A stretch of DNA of 26,522 bases from a virus. Lineage: Duplodnaviria; Caudoviricetes. The stretch lies in IMG/VR virus record IMGVR_UViG_3300020045_008443, positions 1 to 26,522 of that record. The stretch is one strand, 5' to 3'. The position numbers and the translations under genes were made by a program. The notes under the pieces are model-generated. The model searched no databases and had not been told where the DNA came from. It saw only the letters and a program-made list of their open reading frames with translations. Shown piece by piece: positions 1-10,127 of the stretch. Positions within the stretch are counted from its first letter, which is position 1. Each line of letters begins with the position of its first letter.

Positions 1-28
1 TCGAGCTGGATAGCGTCTAAATTTGGTG

Positions 29-466
29 TCAATACTGACCTTCTGGCAATTCATCGTAAGCCGTCATTTGCAAACCAACACCATCGCCGAATACCTGCGC
101 TACAATACTAGAATCTAGCAAGACCACAATTACCGATCTACCCAAATTGATTTTTGACACCAATTCATTTTTGACCGCCTGTGATTTTGTGGCAATAAAG
201 ATCGGTAATGTATGAACAAAACCGCCTTTACCTCCATTGTTTACCGTCAACGGCGTCGCTGGGACTATTGAACCCCTAGCCAATGCGTACTCAGTAGACT
301 TTGCGCCAGTAGAAGCCAATTCAATATCTGTAATGACACCCGACACTTTCGTTATCGTTGACATTACCCATTCATCGTAATTAAAGATGAATATTCTACC
401 AACCACGCCACCCACTTCTAGGGTAGCTTGGTTGGTGATTAAGAAATCTGTGGTTATATCTGCCAT
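29..466 (-). CDS. Virion structural protein (tail-tube-like or capsid-adjacent), probably C-terminally truncated
   Basis: 145 aa directly downstream of the capsid gene. VGGVVGRIFIFNYDEW and QVFG..VGLQM resemble post-capsid structural proteins of Bacteroidota phages. Ends abruptly (ELPEGQY*) near the window edge. Confidence 0.55.
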   Translation of the reverse strand: MADITTDFLITNQATLEVGGVVGRIFIFNYDEWVMSTITKVSGVITDIELASTGAKSTEYALARGSIVPATPLTVNNGGKGGFVHTLPIFIATKSQAVKNELVSKINLGRSVIVVLLDSSIVAQVFGDGVGLQMTAYDELPEGQY

Positions 467-468
467 GA

Positions 469-1264
469 TTATACCCCTTGTACGTAGAAAATATCCTCAC
501 CAGTCTTGTACTGGACTCCGATGTAGAACTTCATCAAGATCAACCAGTCTTCATCCGCTTCGACTTCTTTGTACATTTTCAAAGCGTCCATGTCAGATTC
601 AACCCAAACACCCTGAACAAGGTTGGAACTGTCATCCGTTGACGCTTTGGTCACAAAGATAACGTCTGCTGGTATTCCTAAAATAGGAACTAGTTCCACA
701 TTTGAACCGTATGCTTGCAACAACACTTTGTTTGCTGCGATGTCAGTAGATGGCAAGTAAGTTTGAGTTTCTGCCCTCGCATCTTGATACATCTTGTAAG
801 TTGAAAACGAACAGAATGCTTTCAAGTTAGTTTCCATTGCCAAACGCTCAGGAATTGCATTGATCAATTCTTTCACCCTTGCAAGGACGTTATTCAAAGC
901 AATAGTAGTGCCTGTGCCTACCTCGGTTGCGTCAGCATCCGCGATAATCTCGGTATAGAAACCGTTATAGAATCTCAAAGGATCAGGTGCTACCAAAGTG
1001 TCATCCCCTACACTATGCAAGTTATTGATTTGCGTGTGCGCGGCTTCCATCACTCTCGAAAATACAACCTTCTGTATAACAGGGTTCATTTTCAAATCAA
1101 TGTTAAGGCCTGAAGGCTGATATTCTGGGAATGTTTCTTTCCAATCAGTTACTCTCCATTGACCTTGTGCCATTACCGGTACTACCGACAATTGACGGCC
1201 ATCAATAACCACATCGGGTGAAGTTCCGAAAGAGGCCGCTGTTGGGTTCGCTACGTTTTCAGTA
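469..1264 (-). CDS. Major capsid protein, 5'-truncated (ORF track extends it to 1347, but the first ~28 aa are antisense of a plus-strand gene)
   Basis: Capsid-like character: GDDTL...LRFYNGFY, NVLARVKELINAIPERL, ELVPILGIP, SNLVQG, C-terminal MKFYIGVQYKTGEDIFY. Lies next to the portal module. Confidence 0.75.
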
Positions 1265-1265
1265 A

Positions 1266-1700
1266 GCGGAGGAAGCAGCAATCGAGAGGCTTCGCCCAAA
1301 AAGAGAAGTAAAAGGAAGTCTAACTGACTACTTCCCGAAAGAATCACTCTTCACGAAGACTAAAAAGTACATCGTGAAAGGCAAGAAAGACGCGGAAGGT
1401 TCTTTTACAGCGGACTGGTTGAACATATCAGTTGGCGGCAAGGAAGTAACCCTAATTAAAGGTAAGGCTTTGACGGAATCAGAATTGAAGGTTTTCGATG
1501 CTGAAGCAAAAGCTTACTACCTTGTAAAAGACACCAAGGCGGCTAAAGCCACGAAAGGTAAAACCCCTGAGGCTGGTAAAACCCCTGAGGCTGGTAAAAC
1601 CCCTGAGGCTGGTAAAACCCCTGAGGCTGGTAAAACCCCTGAGGCTGATAAAACCTCTGAGGCTGATAAAACCGAAGGCACCGAAGAATCATTGGACTAA
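1266..1700 (+). CDS. Hypothetical phage protein with low-complexity GKTPEA tail, 5'-truncated
   Basis: The frame of ORF 1374..1700 stays open back to TAA 1263-1265 (AEEAAIERLRPKREVKGSLTDYFPKESLFTKTKKYI) with no ATG in that stretch. Confidence 0.65.
   Translation, partial: AEEAAIERLRPKREVKGSLTDYFPKESLFTKTKKYIVKGKKDAEGSFTADWLNISVGGKEVTLIKGKALTESELKVFDAEAKAYYLVKDTKAAKATKGKTPEAGKTPEAGKTPEAGKTPEAGKTPEADKTSEADKTEGTEESLD
1557..1673 (+). repeat. 18-bp coding tandem repeat GGTAAAACCCCTGAGGCT
   Basis: Five perfect copies 1557-1646, one variant 1647-1664, one partial copy. Encodes (GKTPEA)5-DKTSEA-DKT. Confidence 0.97.
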
Positions 1701-1714
1701 TAAAAACCATTTAA

Positions 1715-2863
1715 ATGGCTAGAGCTACAAGAGGCTCAGTAAATACGAGGGTAGCGTTAAACAAGATTAAACTTGACTCGCTACCCTCGTTTTATTACAC
1801 GGGCAAGGAAGATATAATTCCGTTCGGTATTGATAACCAATACCCGCAAAGGATAAAGGGCGCGATCAAATCTAGCCCAACCTCAAGGGGTTGCGCGAAG
1901 AGGTGGGCGGAGTTTATTTTCGGGTATGGCTCTTTAGTGAACCCGATTGTAAACAGAGATGGTGAAACACTTAACGATATTTTGTGGAAGGTTATCCGGT
2001 ACGGATATGTAGAACTGTATAGTTTCTGCCTCCACTTCAACTATAATGCTTTGGGCCAAGTATGCGAGATATTTTGCGTAAAAGTTGAAGACGTCCGCAA
2101 GGTCAGACCATACGACACCGATATTTGCAAAGTCGAGTATGGTATATGGGAGCTGTTCGGTGCGAATGTACTGACAGGGAACCACGAAGTTATCAACCTC
2201 TACAACCGAGCGAAATTACGTGAGCAGATTATCGAGGCTGGCGGGATAGAGAACTACAAAGGCCAATGCTATTATTTCACCCGTGACGGTGAGATTTATG
2301 CAGAAAGCCCTTTTGATGTAATCTCGATGAGTGCGGAGTATGAGAGAGAAGCCCAAATATACACTAACGCCAATGTACAAAATGGGTTTAGCGGCACTAC
2401 TTTAATCAAGATGCCGACTTTCTCGGGTGGTGAGAAAGCGGAGAAAGAAGCAAAGAAACTTCAGGAAGATTTGGAGTCCACCCACGGATCAGCCAAGGCT
2501 GGTAGTTCTATCGTTGTAAGTACTCCCGTTAATGATAACGGTACAGCCTCAGACTCTAAAATGGTTGAGCATTTAAGCCCTGCCAATATCGATGGTCTCT
2601 TTGTCAACCAGAACGCACAAGCGGAAAGGAACATTTTGAAGGCTATCAATATGCCAGAAATACTTTTGGGCGTAAGCTCTCAGGGTATGTTCAACGAGGC
2701 CAGCTTCAATGATGCTTTCGACTATAAGAACAGCGACAGCGAGGCAGACAGGAAAATGATTGAGCGTGAGTTCAACAAGTTTATGAAATACTCCGTTTGG
2801 GGTATTGACAAAATCGAAATTGTGCCTTTGAAAATGAAAAAAACAAAAGAAAATGGCATTTGA
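1715..2863 (+). CDS. Phage portal protein
   Basis: 382 aa. PFGIDNQYP..I...SPT, NVQNGFSGTTLI, GSAKAG, ILKAINMPEILLG and IEREFN match the pattern of Bacteroidota phage portals. Confidence 0.8.
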   Translation: MARATRGSVNTRVALNKIKLDSLPSFYYTGKEDIIPFGIDNQYPQRIKGAIKSSPTSRGCAKRWAEFIFGYGSLVNPIVNRDGETLNDILWKVIRYGYVELYSFCLHFNYNALGQVCEIFCVKVEDVRKVRPYDTDICKVEYGIWELFGANVLTGNHEVINLYNRAKLREQIIEAGGIENYKGQCYYFTRDGEIYAESPFDVISMSAEYEREAQIYTNANVQNGFSGTTLIKMPTFSGGEKAEKEAKKLQEDLESTHGSAKAGSSIVVSTPVNDNGTASDSKMVEHLSPANIDGLFVNQNAQAERNILKAINMPEILLGVSSQGMFNEASFNDAFDYKNSDSEADRKMIEREFNKFMKYSVWGIDKIEIVPLKMKKTKENGI

Positions 2864-3404
2864 TACCCTTATATTCACGCTCGAAGATGTCCGCTTAGTC
2901 CGCAAGGTGTCGGTAAACATTGAAGATTTCGATATGTACGCCCAAGAGGTACAAAGGAACTACCTTGAAAAGATTCTTGGGGCAAAACTTTACGCGGCCA
3001 TGTTGACGGGTCTAGAAGGTGATCCCGTGCTGGCCAAGTGGACAAACCTTGTAAATGGAGTGACATATACGAATGGGAAAGATATAATCTATCGGGGTCT
3101 AAAAATATATTGCTCTTATTTGTGGCTCTATGTTTATATGTTAGACGGGGATGTTTCGATAACCCCTATCGGTGGGCGATTGTTCAAAGACGAATACAGC
3201 GAGCCGGCAAAGACCAAACAGGCCATAGATCATTTTATTAGGTCAGCTTCTGGCATGGAGAGCGGGATTTTAGATTACATAAAAGCAAATCTATCAACCT
3301 ACCCAGAATTTTCAGAGAGCCTGCAGATCGAACAGGCCAAAGAGGAGGACTTCACATTTAGAGTGATAGGCAAAAGCTTTAACAGACCAACAAAACGATT
3401 CTAA
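2853..3404 (+). CDS. Head-tail adaptor / head completion protein (DUF6712-like)
   Basis: Overlaps the portal stop. EVQ...LEKILG.KLY, GLK...Y and C-terminal YPEF are typical of this adaptor type. Confidence 0.6.
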   Translation: MAFDTLIFTLEDVRLVRKVSVNIEDFDMYAQEVQRNYLEKILGAKLYAAMLTGLEGDPVLAKWTNLVNGVTYTNGKDIIYRGLKIYCSYLWLYVYMLDGDVSITPIGGRLFKDEYSEPAKTKQAIDHFIRSASGMESGILDYIKANLSTYPEFSESLQIEQAKEEDFTFRVIGKSFNRPTKRF

Positions 3405-3955
3405 TGTTCATACAGACAGAAAGGATTTGGTTATTTGAAACTAAGGTCTTAGACCCTTATTTCTTCGGCACCATAGACGGAGTAACTACCACTATGTCCG
3501 AAGAAAGACGAATTTCACTACTCGGTATCGAGACCGTAATTTTCTACATTTCAACGATTGGTAGGGGCGGGGTTCGTTACGTTAACCGATACGGGGGTGA
3601 AGATGTTGGAATGTTTGAGGCCAACGGTAAAATTTCCAACTCCTATACTCTTGAGTTTGGTTTACCCGTAATCAGCCAAAGGACTATCCAACAAATGATC
3701 GGCAAAGAGTTTTCATTGCTGGCCATGCGTAAAGATTTAACTCGATTCGTTATATTTGGGAGGTTCATCGCGGAACCCTTAGAGGTCGACAATGAGAAAT
3801 TGCAGCGCGTTACCTTTATAAGTAATACCCCAAATTGTCGGATCTTTGAAGTGAATGAAGTATATATCACAACGATAGTAAACACGATAAGCCCGTCCGA
3901 GATAAGCGGAGACGTGGGCGGACTTGAAGAAATAATTGAATCTGGACTAACCTAA
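3404..3955 (+). CDS. Hypothetical virion protein
   Basis: 183 aa, TAATG-coupled to the previous gene within the structural operon. Confidence 0.6.
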   Translation: MFIQTERIWLFETKVLDPYFFGTIDGVTTTMSEERRISLLGIETVIFYISTIGRGGVRYVNRYGGEDVGMFEANGKISNSYTLEFGLPVISQRTIQQMIGKEFSLLAMRKDLTRFVIFGRFIAEPLEVDNEKLQRVTFISNTPNCRIFEVNEVYITTIVNTISPSEISGDVGGLEEIIESGLT

Positions 3956-3962
3956 TAATACA

Positions 3963-4724
3963 ATGGCAATTTTAAATAAAGCAACTTGGGCAGCTAAATT
4001 CGCGGCTTTCATTAACAGGGACGCCCCGTTTGATGGTAACCCGTTGATCCAAAAAACGGAACATTTAGAAGTGAGTGGCGAAGACTTGCCAGACTCCATT
4101 ATTTTCAAGGAGCCAGAAGTAGTAAGTATCTCGAGTCCAGGGGCTACTTTCACGGCTGACTTTGCAACGGCTGACGAGTTCACGATCGACACGAGCGCAA
4201 GTATAGGTTCGACTTTTGCCGTTACCTTGGATGGTTTGGAGAACAATAGAATCGGTCGTTTGGACATCACAAAGAAGAGCGCGGACATTTTTAGCTTTGC
4301 GAACGGTACAATGCTGCCTTTTGGAACCATAGTTCAAACGGGCACTTCGATTAGTTTTCTGATTATAAAAGTAGGCAGTGCGTATTTTGCGCAGGCCTTA
4401 AAACAGGAAAGTGTTTCCTCTGCAGCCCTTACAGGCGCAAGCGGATGGAGCGAAACAAACCCAAGCGGGTTTGGTCTCCCTAGATGCACTCTATCCTTAG
4501 ACGGCTGGGTCGATTTGTCGGGCTATTTCAGAAATACGGGTGCAGGGGTTACGGTTACCACTCTGCCAGCGGCTTACCGCCCAAACGTGATAAAATCATT
4601 TCCTTTTACTTCGCCAAGCGGTAACTTAGCTAGGTCAATATCTGTCCAAACTAATGGCACTATTATAAACTCCTTTGCAGAATCCTTCTTTATGGACGGT
4701 ATGCGATTCAATATTTATCAGTAA
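3963..4724 (+). CDS. Putative tail fibre / receptor-binding protein
   Basis: 253 aa, beta-rich. C-terminal GWVDLSG...TTLPAAYRP...VQTNGTI resembles phage fibre head domains. Confidence 0.55.
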   Translation: MAILNKATWAAKFAAFINRDAPFDGNPLIQKTEHLEVSGEDLPDSIIFKEPEVVSISSPGATFTADFATADEFTIDTSASIGSTFAVTLDGLENNRIGRLDITKKSADIFSFANGTMLPFGTIVQTGTSISFLIIKVGSAYFAQALKQESVSSAALTGASGWSETNPSGFGLPRCTLSLDGWVDLSGYFRNTGAGVTVTTLPAAYRPNVIKSFPFTSPSGNLARSISVQTNGTIINSFAESFFMDGMRFNIYQ

Positions 4725-5143
4725 TGGCCGTACTTCGTAGAATACAACCAAGCTCTATTCTAAGCCCCGAAAAAGAGGCTTACGAATATTTATTGGTTTG
4801 GCTTTCTCCTTTTGGCGGTGTACGCCAATGGCTGTTTTCACATACGGACGGGGGACAGGAGGACTCCTTCGGTATGGTGCAAGTAGAAAGTCTTTCAGAT
4901 ATCAGAAGTGTACCAAACGAGGAGGAAAATGAAGTGGAGGTCTTGGCCAACACCTTGACCCGTGAAGATTTCGACTATATAACCTCGATTTTCAAATCAA
5001 ACAGAGTTTATTTGGTGAGCAAGGCGGGCGTTCAAACTCCCGTTGCACTTTTGGGTGGTAAGAAATCAAAGCCAAACACTTTAAAAAATTACTCGGTTAA
5101 AATAACCTTCAGATACAAAGAACCAGACTTATTAGATGTTTAG
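4724..5143 (+). CDS. Tail protein
   Basis: 139 aa, TAATG-coupled. WLSPFGG..QWLF and I..S.RVY motifs are seen in Bacteroidota phage tail proteins. Confidence 0.55.
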   Translation: MAVLRRIQPSSILSPEKEAYEYLLVWLSPFGGVRQWLFSHTDGGQEDSFGMVQVESLSDIRSVPNEEENEVEVLANTLTREDFDYITSIFKSNRVYLVSKAGVQTPVALLGGKKSKPNTLKNYSVKITFRYKEPDLLDV

Positions 5144-6908
5144 ATTAACCATACAAGATGAAGAGGCCGAACTTGGGAGCAAGTCACGTATTCAGCTCTC
5201 AAGGCTTATTCTCGACCTCGAAGACTTTTCGAGGCGCGGAATCTTATTTTCTAACACCATCAAACTACCATACACCAAGAAAAACGATAGACTTTGTGGT
5301 TATCCTTCTCGGTTAAGTTCCAACAATACCGCTTTCGAGGTAAATCAGACCTACACGCTCTCCTATAGAAACTCGATCATTTCTTATGGCTCGGTGGTTC
5401 TCAAAGGATTTGATCGTAAAGACGGAATCAGCATACAATTAGCAGAAGGCTATTCGTTTTGGAGCCACATAGGTAAATCGATGCTGAACGATCTGAATCT
5501 GTTCGACTTTGATTTTGTCTTTAACAATGCAAACCTAATTGCTTTAGAGCCAAAGACCTCAAGTATCTGGCTCAATGCTTACGCGGATTGGACAAACGAG
5601 CCGATTATCCACGCGGGCGAAGATTGTTTTATACGCCCTTTCTATCGTTATCGACTTCTAATCAACGAGATCATAAGGCAGGCGGGCTACACGGTTGACG
5701 AAACTAACGTTCCGACTCTCACCAATTACGACAACATAGGTCTGTCAAGTAACGGGGGCAAGTTCTTCGTTACGGATTTGAAGATACTATTTGAAGGGGT
5801 AGGAGTTGCAGCGGGTAATGTCGATTTCGCAGACGGAGCGGTCGATTTCAACGCTTCGGGCTCTACGTCATTTGCTGGCACGGTGCTAACGAATGCGGAT
5901 TATAAAACTAGCTACGCATTGAAAGGCTGGGTAGTATCTAATTTCGACACGCAAATAATATTCCAATACACGGTTGGGGCTTCTACAAAAACCGAGGTTT
6001 TAGTAATACCAAAGGGTAGAACTTATGTAAATTTCAGGACTGACGAAATAGGAATCGGGGGGTTGACAGCCGTAATACCCTCAAACGAATTGCTATTTGA
6101 AGACGTGATGATTTACGCTTGTATCAACGAGTCCGATATCTTCGCGGTCGATGGTGATTTCGAAGGCCCAGGACACACGGCCATATTTGACGGGTATCAA
6201 GTATTGAGCGATTACAACTTACCTGATCAAACGCAAGCGGTTTTCTTTAAAAACCTCCTCAAGATGTTGTTTTTGAAGTGTGATGTCAATGAACAGAAGA
6301 AAGAAATAAAACTCTCCTATTTCCCAGACATCCTAAGCTCGAACAATTCTTTTGACTTGAGCGGCAAAGTCGTAAGATACCCACCGATTACAAGTGGTGA
6401 TGTTTACGGGCGTCTCAATGTGATGCGCTACGAAAATGATACTTTGGTAGACCCTGCTTTAGGCTCGGCTTTCTTCAGCGTACAATCAGAGAACGCCCCG
6501 CCAACGAAAGTGTTTATCTCGGTGCCTGAATTTAGCGCAAGCCGCGAGTTCGCCAACGGGGAAAACTCTATACAAGAAATCGTTTACGACACGGTTGGTT
6601 TGAAGCGCGTAGTTATCAAGGATAGAATCGTAGAGTTCAACGAAGGGGTATCCATTAACTACACGGCCAACCTTGCGGGCGTCAGCATGCAAAGGCTCTA
6701 CTCCGCAAACTATGTGAACTTTATAGAGAGTACTAAGCGGGAACGTGTGATTAATGCCCAAGTTTTATTAAATTACAACGACTTTAGAACGATTTCAAAC
6801 AAGCCGATAGTTTACATTGCTGACCAAAAGAGTTATTTTTTGGTTACCGAAATAAGCGGCTGGGAAGAGGCGGAGTTGACGAATATCAAAATGATAAAGT
6901 TTTTATAA
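5136..6908 (+). CDS. Tail / baseplate hub-like structural protein
   Basis: 590 aa. N-terminal FSNTIKLPYTKKN and internal NLPDQTQ..FFKNL motifs. Precedes the tape-measure-like gene. Confidence 0.6.
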   Translation: MFRLTIQDEEAELGSKSRIQLSRLILDLEDFSRRGILFSNTIKLPYTKKNDRLCGYPSRLSSNNTAFEVNQTYTLSYRNSIISYGSVVLKGFDRKDGISIQLAEGYSFWSHIGKSMLNDLNLFDFDFVFNNANLIALEPKTSSIWLNAYADWTNEPIIHAGEDCFIRPFYRYRLLINEIIRQAGYTVDETNVPTLTNYDNIGLSSNGGKFFVTDLKILFEGVGVAAGNVDFADGAVDFNASGSTSFAGTVLTNADYKTSYALKGWVVSNFDTQIIFQYTVGASTKTEVLVIPKGRTYVNFRTDEIGIGGLTAVIPSNELLFEDVMIYACINESDIFAVDGDFEGPGHTAIFDGYQVLSDYNLPDQTQAVFFKNLLKMLFLKCDVNEQKKEIKLSYFPDILSSNNSFDLSGKVVRYPPITSGDVYGRLNVMRYENDTLVDPALGSAFFSVQSENAPPTKVFISVPEFSASREFANGENSIQEIVYDTVGLKRVVIKDRIVEFNEGVSINYTANLAGVSMQRLYSANYVNFIESTKRERVINAQVLLNYNDFRTISNKPIVYIADQKSYFLVTEISGWEEAELTNIKMIKFL

Positions 6909-6909
6909 A

Positions 6910-9501
6910 ATGGCAGATTTCGAAAAGAAGGTAAGTATAATCGAGATAGAGATTGACAACAAAGCCGCCACGGCTGAGGTTGACAAGCTCACGACCGCTA
7001 TTTTAGATCAGAAGAAACAAATTTCCGACAATACCAAAGCGATCAAGGATTACGAAGCGGCCAACAAAGCCGCCGCCAAAGCCCTTAATGAGGGTACTAT
7101 CTCATTAGAAGATTACAACGAGGTTACAGATAAGAATACAAAAGCCGTTCAAAGCCTCCAAAAGCAAAACCTTTCGTTAAATGATGGACTTAAAACCCTC
7201 AACACCGAAAGGTCTAACGCGGTAAAGGTGTCGCAACTCCAAAGTAACTCCTTGGACGCGCTTAGGAATCAAACTGCGAGATATCAGAAGGAATTAAACG
7301 GGCTAAATACCAAGACCAAAGAAGGCGCGGAGCGTTTCGCGTTCCTTACCGCGAAGCTCAAAGAGAATAACGATAAGATAGTAGGATTAGACCAAGCTTC
7401 TGGAAGCTTCAAAACCACTATCGGCCGTTACACGGACGGAATCAAGGGTGCGGTCGGTGAGCTTGGTTTATTCAGTGGCGTTACGCAGAAGGTCGCGCAA
7501 GCCCAAAGTATGGCCTCTTCAGCGGTCAAAGCTTTCTCCGTGGCCCAAGTTGGCAGTAGTGCCGCCACGGGTGGAGTTAGTGCCGCCCTTAAAATTATGC
7601 GCGTGGCTTTGATATCCACGGGTATAGGTGCTATCGTGGTTTTACTCGGTTCATTAGTAGCTTGGTTCCTGAAGACTGACGAAGGGGCAACAAAACTAAA
7701 TGGTATATTCAGGGCGATAGGTAACACGGTAGACGTATTCCTAAACCGTATCATCAATCTAAAGCAGACAATAACGGATCTGTTTTCTTCGCCAGGCAAG
7801 TTCTTTTCTGGTTTGGTCTCCGATGTGAAGGAAGCCGTTAAAACAGGGCAAGAACTGGCCGATACATTTGACGACCTAGACCAAAAGCGGAGGGATAGCG
7901 AATTACTTGACAAGCAACAAAGCAATAGGCTCAATCAATTAATACTTCAGTCTAAAAACCTAGCTCTATCTATCCAAGAACGTTTGAAGATATTGGAGGA
8001 GGTCGATAAAATCGAGCTTGCCAACTACCAAAACAAACTGAAGTATGCGGAAGAGTTTTTGGCAGCTGTCAATAAGGAGACCGCCCAAATGGAGAAAAGC
8101 GGCACGATTACGGACGAGCAGCTCGATAAGCAAAACGAGGCTAGAATCGCTTTGCTCGAAGTGCAAAACGAGAGCATAAGCGTGCAAGAGAAAATCGAGA
8201 ACAGGCGTTCGGCTCTACTCGAGAAGCAATCAGCGGAGGAAGAAAAAGCACGCGAAGCCCGTAAAAAAATAGCTGAGAAAGAGGCCTCGGACAAAGAAAA
8301 GCAATTAGAGAAAGAGACCGAAGACCGCAAGAAGGCGGAGGAGAAAGCCATTGAAGACCAAAAAGAAGCTGACGCGAAAAGACTCGAGAACCAAGAAATT
8401 TTGACCTCAAAGCTTCTAGCTTTAGAGGAGTTCAGGCGTTCGAAGGCCAACGAAACCGCCCTCGCTTCGATAAAGGACAAAGAGGCTCTTTTCAAAAAAC
8501 AAGAAGAAATCGAGGCTGCAAACTTTGAGATAGTTAAGGCCAGAATCGAGGAGGAGAACGCGGCCATACAGGAAAGCACCACCGCGACCAACGAAGAAAA
8601 ATTGATCGCCAAGGCTGATTTCGACTTGCAAATGCTCGAGCTAGAATCTAGCTACTCCGCAAATCTTAAAGGGATTGAGGAGGCGAGAAACGCGGAGAGT
8701 TTAAGACTCGAGAAAGAAAGGCAGGACAATACCAAAGCCATAGCGAGAGCGGGGCAAGAGGCTATACAAAGCGGCTTCCAGATATCGAACAATCTGATTG
8801 AGGGGTATTATCAAAAAAGAACGGCTGAGATAACCAAACAGTTGGAGAGCGGTCAGATAACGGAAGAACAATTTGCCCGTAAAAAGGCGGCACTCGATAA
8901 GTCGAAAGCCAAAGATTTGCACAAAGCCCAAGTGGCGGAGTTCAGAGTTAGCCAGCTAATCGCGGTTGCACAAATAGGGGTGGATACGGCCAAAGCAATA
9001 ATGGCCTCCGTTGCGGCCACGCCTTTGACGGGTGGGCTTCCTTTCTCCGCGATATCCGCGGGTTTAGGGGTAGCCCAAGCAGCGGTAGTATTAACCAAAA
9101 AACCACCTCCACCACCGAGCTTTGAGCTTGGTGGGGATGTATTTGGTTTTAAGATTGGTGGCAAAGACCACTCGCAGGGCGGAACCGAGTTTACGGGGTC
9201 GGATGGGAGTAGATTCGTGGCCCAAAAAGATGAAGGTCTTTTTGTTACCAAGCGTGAGGCTACGAACCCCGTGCTTAGGATGCTGAGTGAACAAAACGTG
9301 AAAGCAGGCGGGCGGTCAATGTTTGGGGGCCAGACAAGCCGATATTTAGAAAATGGTGGACAGGCTGCAATGGGCGGAAACCAGGATTTAAGTATATTAG
9401 CGGAAGCGATTGAAAATATGCCTCCTCCCGTTGTGAAGCTTGAGAGCATCATGGCGGGGATAGGAGAAGTGCAAAAAAGCAGAGCGGTAGGAATCGTTTA
9501 A
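6910..9501 (+). CDS. Tape-measure-like protein
   Basis: 863 aa. Long coiled coils, hydrophobic ALISTGIGAIVVLLGSLV segment, C-terminal FELGG..G..HSQGG motif. Confidence 0.8.
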   Translation: MADFEKKVSIIEIEIDNKAATAEVDKLTTAILDQKKQISDNTKAIKDYEAANKAAAKALNEGTISLEDYNEVTDKNTKAVQSLQKQNLSLNDGLKTLNTERSNAVKVSQLQSNSLDALRNQTARYQKELNGLNTKTKEGAERFAFLTAKLKENNDKIVGLDQASGSFKTTIGRYTDGIKGAVGELGLFSGVTQKVAQAQSMASSAVKAFSVAQVGSSAATGGVSAALKIMRVALISTGIGAIVVLLGSLVAWFLKTDEGATKLNGIFRAIGNTVDVFLNRIINLKQTITDLFSSPGKFFSGLVSDVKEAVKTGQELADTFDDLDQKRRDSELLDKQQSNRLNQLILQSKNLALSIQERLKILEEVDKIELANYQNKLKYAEEFLAAVNKETAQMEKSGTITDEQLDKQNEARIALLEVQNESISVQEKIENRRSALLEKQSAEEEKAREARKKIAEKEASDKEKQLEKETEDRKKAEEKAIEDQKEADAKRLENQEILTSKLLALEEFRRSKANETALASIKDKEALFKKQEEIEAANFEIVKARIEEENAAIQESTTATNEEKLIAKADFDLQMLELESSYSANLKGIEEARNAESLRLEKERQDNTKAIARAGQEAIQSGFQISNNLIEGYYQKRTAEITKQLESGQITEEQFARKKAALDKSKAKDLHKAQVAEFRVSQLIAVAQIGVDTAKAIMASVAATPLTGGLPFSAISAGLGVAQAAVVLTKKPPPPPSFELGGDVFGFKIGGKDHSQGGTEFTGSDGSRFVAQKDEGLFVTKREATNPVLRMLSEQNVKAGGRSMFGGQTSRYLENGGQAAMGGNQDLSILAEAIENMPPPVVKLESIMAGIGEVQKSRAVGIV

Positions 9502-9512
9502 ATTTTAAAGAT

Positions 9513-10127
9513 ATGGGCTTAATTACATTCGATGATAAATCGACATTCGAAGAAAAACCAAGTATTCCAGCGACCAAAAAAGGCCGCGCGGTTGATTGGA
9601 ATGAATTGAAGACCGTAATAAATGAAAACTTCGGAGCTTTCGAAGCCTTTCAAGAATTGGTTTCGAGTAGGGGCAGTATCCCCTTGTTCGATGAATACTC
9701 GGACGTTGCGACAAGTGGACTAGGCGAAGACGATTTATATTCATATACATTGCCCGCTGATTTTTTAACTACTGATGGTGGTAAGATAAAACTTAGATAT
9801 TCTGGATATGTAGATTCGAGCGGTACCGCTAATTATCGCCATAAGTTTTATTTTGATGGGCAAGAAATATATTCAAGTGGTTATCTTGGGTCAGCACCAT
9901 ATAATTGGCTCTTTGATTTAGAGGTGGTTAGAGTATCGAATACGGTTGTAAGGATTAACGGTTTTTTCTATTCGCCCTCGTTAGTAGAGCCTATAAATTC
10001 GGGAGATATTACAGGGGTTGATTTTACAGCCCCTACAATTATTAAGATTACAGGCGAATCAGACGATGCAGGCAAAACAGTAGTAGCACAACAAGCAAGC
10101 GGCATTTATTTTCCATCGGCAACATGA
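9513..10127 (+). CDS. Putative tail fibre protein
   Basis: 204 aa. N-terminal ITFDDK...DWNELKTVINEN anchor-like motif followed by a beta-rich domain. Confidence 0.5.
   Translation: MGLITFDDKSTFEEKPSIPATKKGRAVDWNELKTVINENFGAFEAFQELVSSRGSIPLFDEYSDVATSGLGEDDLYSYTLPADFLTTDGGKIKLRYSGYVDSSGTANYRHKFYFDGQEIYSSGYLGSAPYNWLFDLEVVRVSNTVVRINGFFYSPSLVEPINSGDITGVDFTAPTIIKITGESDDAGKTVVAQQASGIYFPSAT

Noticed and set aside
1265-1347. Hydrophobic, signal-like N-terminus of the 469..1347 ORF (MILSGSSQLDFLLLLFL)
   Set aside because: It is the antisense reading of the plus-strand coding frame beyond the inversion junction.
1557-1673. Tandem repeat as CRISPR array
   Set aside because: No spacers; in-frame coding repeat.
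7428-9452. Long antisense ORFs opposite the tape-measure gene
   Set aside because: Shadow frames of a biased coiled-coil coding sequence.
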